Part shown: piece after piece, positions 22,501 to 32,114 of the stretch | Layout: every line of letters begins with the position of its first letter | How positions within the stretch are numbered: the stretch's first letter is position 1 | Source: Histomonas meleagridis 2922-C6/04-290x | Taxonomy: Eukaryota; Protista; Parabasalia | Assembly (NCBI GenBank): GCA_020184695.1 | Contig: JAANOX010000055.1 | Location: 62,001 to 126,000 of the forward strand | Direction of reading: 5' to 3' | Length of the DNA stretch: 64,000 nt | Translations under genes and position numbers: made by a program | Notes under the pieces: model-generated | What the model saw: the letters and a program-made list of their open reading frames with translations, nothing else | Told to the model about the DNA's origin: nothing | Databases searched by the model: none

Positions 22501-23862
22501 CGAAGCGAATTTCTTTAGCGATGAAATTGATGTATTAAATAATCGGTCATGTGATGACAATGTAAATTCTAAAAGTAAATTTAATGCAATATCAAAATAT
22601 TCGGTGAAAACTTTCAGACAATTTTCGATTGATATATTATCAATTAATTTACATATTGCTTCATTATGTACCCAATTCTTATTTGGCTTTTGAAGAATAA
22701 ACTTCATTAGCTTTAAATGATGATCTTCTTTACATAATATTAACATTTTATCAATACATGTTCCAAAACTTTCAATTAGTTTACAATATAAATCATTTTC
22801 CGTGTTTTGATACTCTAAAAATAACTTTGCAACTTCATCGGCATCATCATTATTATGCTCAAAATGATTCCTTAATGCTACAAGTTTAGGTGATAAATAA
22901 ATCGTATCTTTATATTGTTTAATTTCTTCAAGCGTCATTGGCAAATATAACAAACGCGACTTATAAATAGGTGGATAATTATCTTCAATTTCATTGTATA
23001 TCTTTTCTTTTAAGGTTGGTTCGTTATATAAAAAAATAGAACACGTTTTACAAGCATACTCAAATTGACAGAGATTTAACGGTTTTCTTTTGAATTCTTG
23101 AAGGGAGTACGTTAAGAATAATTCCCTTCCTTTTTCACCAATAAGATCATACACTTCTCTGTCTTCAAGAAGAACTGGACCAAGCCAAACAGCAACCTTA
23201 CCAAGTTGATGGTTTTTGATTATTAAATCAACTAAGATGTCAATTTGTTCTTTCTTATTCATCGATATTAAAAGTGAAACGGATGATGTAAAGGCATAAT
23301 TTGGCTCATCCTTACATCCACAAACAATAGAGCGAAGAATGTTTTGCTTGAGAACAATTGGTAAATTTTCCATTAAAGGAATAACTTGTGGAATATATTG
23401 AATAAATTCGGAAAGATCAACACCAAAATGAGAGTTTATGGGAATACTACAAACAAATTCATCCATTCGAATTGGTGAAATAAACCTTGTAAGATATAAA
23501 AATGTATTAATAATTGCTATAGAAACTTTTGGAGAAACTTCAACACCAACAACAGCTTCGGCAAAAGCAGCAATAAAAATTTGTGAACAATAAGGTGCAA
23601 CAGCTATTAATAATCCACCTAAAGTATTATAGGAATTAACACGAACCGTGGCATCAGAATTTGTAGCAAATTTGAAAATCATTTTTAAAACTAATATAAG
23701 ACTTTTACGTGCTTCATCGCGAAATTGAGATATCCATGAAAATGATAAACTTTTTCTAAATCTTGTTAAGTATGTTACTATTTGACTGTTTTCTGCATTG
23801 AGGTTTCCATTTGAAACTTTATAAAGAAATTGAAAATTTTCATCTTCTTCGAGGACTCCCAT
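19543..23862 (-). CDS. 1439-aa hypothetical protein, probably alpha-solenoid (HEAT/ARM-like)
   Basis: Long intact ORF; HEAT-like N-terminal segment (DATVRVNSYNTLGGLL). Confidence 0.75.
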   Translation of the reverse strand: MGVLEEDENFQFLYKVSNGNLNAENSQIVTYLTRFRKSLSFSWISQFRDEARKSLILVLKMIFKFATNSDATVRVNSYNTLGGLLIAVAPYCSQIFIAAFAEAVVGVEVSPKVSIAIINTFLYLTRFISPIRMDEFVCSIPINSHFGVDLSEFIQYIPQVIPLMENLPIVLKQNILRSIVCGCKDEPNYAFTSSVSLLISMNKKEQIDILVDLIIKNHQLGKVAVWLGPVLLEDREVYDLIGEKGRELFLTYSLQEFKRKPLNLCQFEYACKTCSIFLYNEPTLKEKIYNEIEDNYPPIYKSRLLYLPMTLEEIKQYKDTIYLSPKLVALRNHFEHNNDDADEVAKLFLEYQNTENDLYCKLIESFGTCIDKMLILCKEDHHLKLMKFILQKPNKNWVHNEAICKLIDNISIENCLKVFTEYFDIALNLLLEFTLSSHDRLFNTSISSLKKFASYIYLEKILLKIYSSDWLNENVVSKRFYLLSELASLFKSPLFSIFIPLAGEALTSCENVITISNIFAFLSKVEIKSISEEIRIFTFQFLIRHIQSFTQYQIEYGYEIQPLNGYFLDGLDTDIVTNPTCNHQTVLQHVKNCYMFLCNIPLNQVKDYETFFKLSFNLVPIFDKIPLNEMQKLANQFTQYSQQMFDLAIDTFKSTSKDDVAAICCNYLIPTSKELPQQIEESLLQFLTVKETHDPDLLYNSYIYIDQKDHNLALNNIDKLIKRLPEKDAIILLFKLSKIINKNELKFVTDNQSIAFLDFALIYKGEYFDKVKSYIENVPFDKWPLDDDTMNKSLLEFLNQIEIKIKLNDLVKIDEQHWKFIFSNKEFFDTTNLNEFIPNNISLFYKIDTSNVYIQQIPENVFKFNKNIVENITKISTISPFVNSGKFIPQIYLAMNYFRFTNKIITNELFNQYLTYSLETKSLNLLKTLLKYAQKHSIQFDVTDNSMFFTSEIIDYTINALTKYKSIHKIPKNIVDKIEEFIGKPITKELILDENVQISHFVKLDSQFFTHYLFEFDDFKANRLIKLIKIMNFVSFPPGEILSIIINYIGNYKSFTSTKKKAVFLRFIYATFVNLHKRKERQAINELITTLDEYFPIIASEIPSIIYFELTLLLQYLLLYSNNFNIYQNFFNTLNPKSILYSYFLNHFSTLFIVRNPLSLSGNYKIIKQSLEYNLPSITNVILKTIKIYLANYDLFLQIKSIIFNEITNNLKFFKSDFQLGPSLIIIYSTLLTNPQIFNTIPHNIFQTFINNFLIQKENEPIYQICFPLILKLSLIDRNLFYSIFDLEFCNNIIMKTLVSTYYSLKQNIKNEDKLELFEIDTLQNFQKFYDKFPTINGSKFMFQICKISTEPVSFFFTKMIYTTNNFLVLFVALKQIFETLDNDDKELAMSIAKEFEYEPKSRKSAMKYFVGNDECSRYFIIAAAETDDDIEKELDKFK

Positions 23863-24350
23863 TTTTTCAGCGCTGAAAAGAGGATCATTAACGGTTTCCG
23901 CAAAGAAAACTTTATCAAATTTCCCATCGGATCTCTATTGAATTATTTAGTACCTCAAAGCAAAATTGTCTATCAAATGTAGATAAATCTAGAGAAAAAA
24001 TTCTTAATTCTTGAAAGAATTCTTTCATAAATTCCCTTCATTTTTCGAGAATGTTTATAAAATAGCCATTGGCAAGTAACTTCTTCACTAAATTTAATAA
24101 ATAATGAAAATTTCATCAATAAGAATTTATTTTCTCACAGCATTTTGTGTATATATGGAAATTTCCATGCCTTCCTGGTGATCTCCCACAGTCACTTTTG
24201 GTTTGGGGAGCAGGGTGACAGGTATTTTAAATTGTATACATTACAAAATAAACTATTCAATTAAATATAAAATATATTCATCTCATCAAATAGCCAACTA
24301 CTTATTAATTTTATAAATGGATTGAAATCTAATTGATGATTATTTATAAA

Positions 24351-25535
24351 GGCTCTGATGCAAAACGCCCTCCATTTTGCGGTTTTTAAACGATAGGAAA
24401 TTTGAGGAAAAATAGAAATGCCACATTAGGGCACCCCATCCATCATCCTGACGGCCGGTTTCGATCGTTATCCATTCAAAAACTTCGTTTTTCAATGGAT
24501 AACGATCGAAACCGCTCGCACCTTCGGTGCTCGCATTTGATACATATTAATATATATATTTTGACATACAAAATATTTGACATAACGATTATATTTAAGT
24601 TATTAAATAAAATATATAAGATTTATTATAACGGTTATCGATAAAAATTTATTCATATTTTTTGTTTGTAAAGTAGTCAAAAAGTCGATCATTTCTTCAT
24701 TGATGCAATTGCAATTCGAAACCATTAAGAAAGTGTCAAAATTAAATGACAAAAGTATTATCAAATGGGCCTCTGAGCAGGGAATCATTCCTGATATCCA
24801 CCAAATTCAGATATGTCCGAAATGTCAATCGTTAATGAAAGTTTATTTCTCACCAAGTTACCCTGATGGTGCTGCATATAGATGCTGCTCAAGTAAATGC
24901 AGAAATTCAAAATCAATCAGATTAGATTCATGGGTATCACAATCAAAACTCTCATTAAGGGGATTTGTTCACATTTTAGCATGTTGGGTAGAAGAAAATA
25001 GATCGAAAGAAGTTCTCATTCCAATTATTTGTTCAACAGTTAGACCTAATTCAGAAATTTGGTCTGATGAATGGAAGGCATATAATACTCTTAGTGATTT
25101 AGGTTATGTACACAAAACAGTAAATCACTTAGAAAATTTTGTAGATCCAATTACTGAGGCAAATACTCAAAAAATAGAAGGTACATGGAATCTAATAAAA
25201 GGATACCTCATAAAAAATGGATTTAGAAATTATCTCGAATCATATATCCATGAATGGTGCTTTCGAAGAAATATAGGAAATACATTCGAAAAATGCTGGA
25301 AAGCAATAATTGGTGAAATTTCTTAATAAACTAATCATAATTTAAAATATTTTTATTAGAAAAATGATTTCGAAGTGTATCAGACCCCCCCAATAAGATA
25401 TTTTGCCATTATTCACTTTTTGAAATGACTTTGATCTCCTTATCAAAAGTCGAATATTTTTATTGCCATTTTTTTTCCTTTCAAATTTCCTATCGTTCAA
25501 AAACCGCAAAATGGAGGGCGTTTTGCATCCTAACC
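24351..25535 (+). mobile_element. Merlin/IS1595 (ISXO2-like) DNA transposon, internally deleted
   Basis: Terminal inverted repeats of about 65-70 bp starting GG (GGCTCTGATGCAAAACGCCCTCCATTTTGCGG... / ...CCGCAAAATGGAGGGCGTTTTGCATCCTAACC); 8-bp TSD TTTATAAA at 24343-24350 and 25536-25543. Confidence 0.9.
24703..25326 (+). pseudogene. ISXO2-like transposase with in-frame internal deletion
   Basis: Zn-ribbon CPKC...YRCC..KC followed by IWSDEWKAY, VNH..NFVDP, NTQKIEGTW and YIHEWCFRRN; the region carrying the first catalytic Asp appears missing. Confidence 0.8.
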
Positions 25536-25639
25536 TTTATAAATATTATGTATCATAAAAAATTTATGTTAAACTCTATGCTAGCATGCTGCTATCCCTG
25601 TGTGCCGATATAGTATAACAACAATTCAAATTTGAATTA

Positions 25640-26760
25640 ATATGTCGGTTATTATTGGCTCACAAAAATTTTGATGAATAGAAATAGTTCATTTTTCCAC
25701 ATGAATCCAAAGGGACTTTACGACTCAGAAACACTTCTATCAATAAATCAAGAAATTATTAGTTTGAATGAAGAAATTTCTCTAAATCTTTAGGTTGAAT
25801 AATTAATAAATTTGATAAAATCCATCCTTTATCTTATGATTTAATTATCATTTAAATGATATATTATTCCTTTGTAATTAAAAACAATAATGTAGATTTA
25901 TTTTTGAATTTTATAAAAAAAATAAGAACATTTGAAGAGATTCATAAAATCAAATCCAATATATTTGATGTATTTGGAGGATTTCTTAATAACATACAGA
26001 TGAATCAGCATTCTTTGAATCCATTAAATGTTTCAAATATTTACTTATGAATGGTTCTAAAATAGATAACACAGGAGAATATGCAGTTACAGGTGGAAAT
26101 GAAGAAATCATTAATTTATGTGAACAAAATCATTCATCATTTGCATATGAAATACCAATTGAATTTCATCAAAATGATATCTTTTAAATATTTTTATGAT
26201 AATAAAATAAAAGAAATTCATAATTTAGAAGAATTAGGAAAGTTTTGTATTTTATATCATAATTATGAAATATTTTCATTTTTACTTAAAGAAGGAATGA
26301 AAAAATGATGATATTATTAATGAAGCAGCAATTATTGGAAATATTTTTTTAGTCGAATATTTTCTTAAAGATCATTCAATTCCACATGATATACTGGTAT
26401 TTTCATCTGGATCAGAAAATATTAAACTTGTTAAATACGTTTTGAAACAAAGAGGAATTGATATTAATGCTAAAGGCGTTTATTTGTTTTATTTAAGATT
26501 TATTTCAATAATTTCTTATTTCAAATTAATATTTGGAAATTATTTAAATTATTTAATACAACACTACTGATAGCATCTGAAAATGGTCATACAGAAATAG
26601 TTAAATTACTTCTTGAACAAGAAGAAATTGATATTAATGCTAAAAATATTTGTTTGTTTCATTTTATGTTTATTGTAATAATTAAATATTTCAAAATTAT
26701 GTTTGAAAATTATTTAAAGTATTTGGAACAGCACTTGATTTCACTTTTTTGAATACTTTA
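25640..26760 (+). pseudogene. Fragmented DUF3447-ankyrin gene with two intact 80-nt insert clusters
   Basis: Broken DUF3447 motifs (YAVTGGNEEIINLCEQNH); clusters 26478-26557 (K,L,G,N) and 26648-26727 (Y,N,E,G). Confidence 0.7.
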
Positions 26761-26875
26761 CATGAAAATTGGATAATTTCAGAATCTTTTTTGTCATTTT
26801 TGTACAAAAAGACTCAAACTCGAATCTTTGAAAAATTCGTAAAGCATTCAATCACAAAAAAGAAAAACATTCGAT

Positions 26876-27157
26876 ATGGTAAGCCTTCTAGCAGCGTATC
26901 GTAATTATTTTCGCTCACATGGAAAAGCAGTACTCTTAACTTTAGTAGCAACAGTTGTACTTTGGATTCTCCTTGCTATGGGATTTCTTCCGACATATGA
27001 TGAAAATGAGCTTCAAAGAAAAGCAGCATATTTTTTCCCTGTTTGGATAATTTTGGCTCTTACAGCACTTGCTGTAATTGAAGAAAATATCAGATCGCCG
27101 CCACCACAAAAGGTTGAAACACCACAGAAACCAGAAACAGAACAACCAGCAAAATAA
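26876..27157 (+). CDS. Small two-TM membrane protein
   Basis: 93-aa ORF with two hydrophobic helices and coding-like composition. Confidence 0.6.
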   Translation: MVSLLAAYRNYFRSHGKAVLLTLVATVVLWILLAMGFLPTYDENELQRKAAYFFPVWIILALTALAVIEENIRSPPPQKVETPQKPETEQPAK

Positions 27158-27369
27158 AAGTTTCTTCATCATACCTTTATATAAAGCATACGCCAATTTT
27201 TTTTCACTAATGTTTTTTTTTCTTGCAAAAAGTGGCAATTACGAAAATCGTTTAAAATACGTTAGAAATATTCGTTGAAATATGAGGACCGTTAATTTGG
27301 CGGCTATTTTTCACACAATAACCGCTTTGGCCCATTCGAATTTCACACGGGTCCAACTGCGTCACTTTC

Positions 27370-28431
27370 ATGACAGCCGTTAAGCATCCATTCGAATGCC
27401 TGGAGATAAAACGCTACAGGCGCTTTAAAACAGAAACATTAGTTGAAGCATCAAACTACAAGGTCACGCGTTTCTGTCAATGTGTTGTTAAACCGCCATG
27501 TCAACCTAAATCACCATATCCTCAAAATCCCATTCCCCACACAATTCCATCTCAATGCAGATGGTTTGACTTCAAAAAAATCCATTCTATTGAGAGAAGT
27601 GCGTTCCCGGAGCTTAGTGATCCAATTTTTGCCAGAAATTACAAACGAATCAGAAACAAGTTTATTAAACTCTTCCGTTTATATCCAACTACAGATGTCA
27701 CCACATCTACAATGCGCCACATGGAAGGTGGTGATGCACTTCTCATCAGTAGAATTCATCATTTTCTTTGCGTTTGGGGTCTCATTAATTTCACACCAAA
27801 TTTTGCTACGCAATCTCAACCTTCTCCTACGTATTCCAATCTTCGTAATGAATATGCCTTGGCAGTTGAAAATATTCATTTCAATACTCCTGCTACATCT
27901 CATCCACTGCCACACCTCGAAGTCAAATGTGCCCTATGTAAAGATTCATGTGGCCAAGGTCATTTTATCTCCAAGAAGTATCCAGGAATTGTCATATGTC
28001 TAATGTGCTTTTCACATCAAAATACACTCTCACAACTCGAGGTAAATCGTGCAGACTTTGAGTTCCGCACTCTCCCGCAACGAATTAATGAGCCTACTCC
28101 AACGAATGAATTCATTGAAAATAAGATCTTTCAAAACTTCAACACATTCAAAGGCGATTGGACCAAACTTGGGGAGAACATCGAAGGGAAATCACCACTT
28201 GAGTGTTTTATCATCTTTTTACGTGATCATATTAGTGATTTTGCAAATGCGCCAAATTTGCAATCACATGAGTTTAATGATTCCGAGCCGCTTTCTGAGC
28301 TTCTCGCCTTCGCCAACGGCGAAAATGAGGTTGCAGAAAACGAAGGATTACATTATAACGACGATTGGAATGGACTAAAAGGCGAAATAGACTTACTCGA
28401 AGACGAAGTAAAGTCAGCGCTTGGGCTTTGA
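27370..28431 (+). CDS. SWI3/SMARCC/Rsc8-like chromatin remodelling subunit (SWIRM + ZZ-like finger + SANT-like)
   Basis: IPSQCRWFDFKKIHSIERSAFPE...YKRIRNKFI...RIHHFLCVWGLINF is SWIRM; C-x2-C...C-x2-C finger; GDWTKLGENI..KSPLEC is SANT-like. Confidence 0.88.
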   Translation: MTAVKHPFECLEIKRYRRFKTETLVEASNYKVTRFCQCVVKPPCQPKSPYPQNPIPHTIPSQCRWFDFKKIHSIERSAFPELSDPIFARNYKRIRNKFIKLFRLYPTTDVTTSTMRHMEGGDALLISRIHHFLCVWGLINFTPNFATQSQPSPTYSNLRNEYALAVENIHFNTPATSHPLPHLEVKCALCKDSCGQGHFISKKYPGIVICLMCFSHQNTLSQLEVNRADFEFRTLPQRINEPTPTNEFIENKIFQNFNTFKGDWTKLGENIEGKSPLECFIIFLRDHISDFANAPNLQSHEFNDSEPLSELLAFANGENEVAENEGLHYNDDWNGLKGEIDLLEDEVKSALGL

Positions 28432-29146
28432 AATGTTAGTAAATAAAAAGGAAAATTTAAGAATTGGTGGAGAAAAAAGTAAATAAAGTAATATTATGTC
28501 GATATATCTTTTTCACATAGTACATGTAACAATATGAACATCGTTGTGGATACCAAATAATGTGTTGCATATCATTTATTACATGTTTTGGTTTACCTAC
28601 TGTTATATTTACAGCCCTTGAACTTAAAAAATATAAAGATGTAATAAACTTTTTTCATGAATAAGTAAGAATTGGTACCAATGCTAAAGATATTTATTTA
28701 TATTTCAAATAACATTTATAGATTCATCTTAGGAAAATCTCGTGATAATAGTGAAACTACTTTTTATACATGAAAAATTCAATATCATCCTTGGAAGCTT
28801 AAAATGAAAATATCATCCTTCGTTTATTGATATACAATGTAATTAATATATGAATAAAAAAATATATAGTATCACAATTCTCATTTATAATTTTTTATTC
28901 AAAAATCATTCATTTAAAAAGAAAAATCATTGTTAGTCAGACAATCGTCAAATAAGAAATGATTTCTCAATAGATTTTATTTTTAATTTATATTTATTTT
29001 AAAATATTTTTATGATACTTATTTTGTGCTTTATGCTAAATCTTATTTACATTTAGGATTGATATTTTCATTTTATTTATTTCCGGTTTTTTCTTAATTT
29101 TGTGAAAAGATTTCAGAGTCAAAACCGTTTATTTTTGGTCTCATCA

Positions 29147-32114
29147 ATGGATGTTAACATTTCAACAATAGATATAAATAAACAAAAGGCATATACATTA
29201 TATAAAACGATATTTTCGTTAGATGAAAAAAATATTAAATTTTCTGTTGCATCAACGGATTTCTTTAGTTGATTCTAGATATTTATATTCCTTAAATTGC
29301 ATGGTATGTCGATTAGTATACTGTATATTTGTACTTCAAATGGGAGAAGCCGAAACATATATCAAGTATTTACATTTGCTAAATCACAAAGAGAACAAGA
29401 TTCAAAAAAACATAAATATTATCAATGTTTTTGTAGAAATACTTCTTAATATTCATTCATGCGAATCATATTATCTTCTAGAAATGTTGATTGAACAAAA
29501 ACTAAGTGATCCAAAAACAATAAAAAATCAAAATTCTTTATACTTTTCACATTATCTAAAAGATAATGAAATTAAATCATTAAGTCATTCTATATTTTAT
29601 AAAGACTTCCGAAGAAATATAAAAGAACTTAGAAAAGATAACTGGGCACTTCATAAGAAGTTAATTAAAAAAGGAATAAATACAAATAAATTATCAAAAA
29701 TAATTCGAAATGATGAAATAGAAAAACTTCAAGAAATATCATCACAAACAAATTTTGATTTTAATCAAACGATTAAACCATCACTTTATGAAAGATGTTC
29801 ATTTATTAACCAAAAAAATGTTTCATTAATTGATTATGCATCATTTTTTGGATCAATTAAATGTTTTAAATATTTACTTATGAATGGAGCAAATGCATTT
29901 AATGCAGGTAAATATGCAATTGCAGGTGGAAACATTGAAATCATTCATCATTTAAAGATGCTTATGAAACAGCAATAAAATTCCATCAAAATGAGATTTT
30001 TAAATATGTTTATGAAAATAAATTGGAAAAAATCAATAGTTTGGATGAATTAGGTAATATATGTTTTGATTACTTTAACTATGAACTTTTATCATATTTG
30101 GAAGGATACGGATTAAAGATAAATTGTAAATTAATTAGAAAGTTAATTGCAATTGATAATATTTTCTTAATTAAGTATTATTTAAATTGTGATCGAAAAA
30201 GAAATCTTGCAAAATTAGTTAATTTTGATAAATTCGAAATTATGAAGTTAATACTTGAACAAGAAGGAATTGATATTAATGCTAAAGATGTTAAATAATT
30301 TTGTTTAAAGTTTATTCAAATCTATCATTGGAAACTATTTGAAATATTTCAAACAGCACTTATACAAGCAACTCAAAAAGACCATATCGAAATGGTTCAA
30401 TTGCTTCTTACGAAAAAAGGAATTGATGTAAATGCTAAAGATATTTATTTGTTTTGTTGAATATTTATTTAAATAATTTTTTATTTCAAAATAATATTTG
30501 GAAAATGTTTATTGCATTTTGGGCAGCAATTATATGCGCATCTTCAAATGGTAACATAGAAATAATAAAATTACTTCTTAAACAAAAAGGAATTGATATT
30601 AATGTTAAAGATATTCTCTTGTTTTACTTAAAATTTCTTTTGATGATTTTGGCTTTCAAAATAATATATGGAAATTATTTAATATATTTAAAACAGCACT
30701 AATGATATCATTTTTGAATGGTTATAATGAAATAATGAAATTACTTCTTGAACAAGATGGAATTGATATTAATTCTAAAAATGATTTAACAATTTATTTA
30801 ACATTTGATTTGGAAACTTAATATATCAATATAATATTTGGTATTTATTCAAATTATTTGAAACATTGCTTTTTTTAGCAGCATTAAAAGGTAATATAGA
30901 TCTTATGAAATTACTTCTTAAACGAAAAGAAATTGATATCAATGCAAAATATTTTTATTTTCCCTTTTTAATATTTAAATCAAATATTTCTAGTTTCACA
31001 ATAATATGTGGGATTTTTTAAGAATATTTAACACAATTCTTAAAATTGCTTCAGAAAAAAATTATATTGAAATAGTCGAACTTCTTATTAAAAAAGGAGA
31101 AATTGATATTAATGTGAAGGATAATATTAGTATGGATAATTTTATGTTTGTGAATAATACTTGGAAATTATTTGAAATATTTGAAACTGCACTTATGAGA
31201 GCATCAGTATATTGTTACATTAAAATAGTAAAGTTACTTCTAGAACAAAAAGAAATTGATATTAATATAAGAAATATTTGTTTATTATGTTTAATATTTA
31301 TTTTTTTCTTTTAATATTTCAAAATAATATACGGAAATTATTTTTATAAAATGAAACAGCACTAATTTTGGCATCTAAAATCGGAAACGCAGAAATTGTT
31401 AAAATGCTTCTTGAAGAAAAACTAATTGATATCAATAATAAAGATATCTGTTTTTTTCTTTTAATATTTATATAAATAATTTTATATTTCAAAATAATAT
31501 TTGGAAATTACTCAAAATATTTTATACAGCAATAATATTAGCAACTCTAAATAACCATGTAGAGATAGTTAAACTACTTCTTGATCAAAATGGGATTGAT
31601 ATTAATGTTAAAGATAATATTTGCTTCAGTGATTTAGTAATCTAATATAATATTTGGTAATCCTTTAAAATATTTGAAACAGTACTTATGAAAGCATCTG
31701 AAAATGGTTCGATTGAAATAGTTAAATTACTTCTTAATAAAGAAGGTATTAATGTTAATGCTAATGATATTTATTTTTTTCATTTCAGTTCTTATTTATA
31801 AATTTTATATTTTGAAATAATATTTGGGAATTATTTAAAATATAGAATACAGCTTTTATATATGCAATTAAAAATAATAAAATAGAAATAGTTAAATTAC
31901 TTATTGAATATAAAGATATTGATCTTAATACTAAAGATATTTATAAGCTTAATAGAAATTTTCTTTTAGTAATTTTATATTTTAATACAATATTTGGAAA
32001 CTTTATAAATTATTTAATTCAGCTCTTATGTATGTATCGAAAAATTATCAATCAGAACTAATGAAAATACTTAACCAACAAAAGAATATTAATGATATCG
32101 TTAATGATGCTTGA
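29147..32114 (+). CDS. DUF3447-ankyrin gene C with 41 17-nt inserts; upstream part carries a 1-nt frameshift and a 22-nt deletion (pseudogene or assembly error)
   Basis: ATG 29147; frame change at about 29255-29270; deletion at AAATCATT 29938-29945. From 30023 to TGA 32112-32114, removing 41x17 nt leaves 1395 nt without stops. Confidence 0.7.
30290..32015 (+). other. Eleven clusters of 17-nt inserts in gene C (eight of 80 nt, three of 63 nt, retained codons included)
   Basis: Clusters at 30290, 30443, 30613, 30783, 30953, 31123, 31276, 31446, 31616, 31769 and 31939; retained codons KVGQ, NFGW, KWGK, NNGE, NLGN, NYGE, NNGE, NYGY, NSGE, QYGN, KYGN. Confidence 0.92.

Noticed and set aside
30454-30702. 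The linker as coding sequence (FQNNIWKLF... peptides) read via a -1 frameshift
   Set aside because: That frame contains stops in several clusters (31347-31349 TAA, 31643 and 31658 TAA, 31843 TAG). The conservation is at nucleotide level.
30255-32114. 170-bp repeat-spacer periodicity resembling a CRISPR or integron cassette array
   Set aside because: The units are ankyrin-coding exons plus insert clusters; both parts diverge, and there are no cas genes or integrase in a eukaryotic context.
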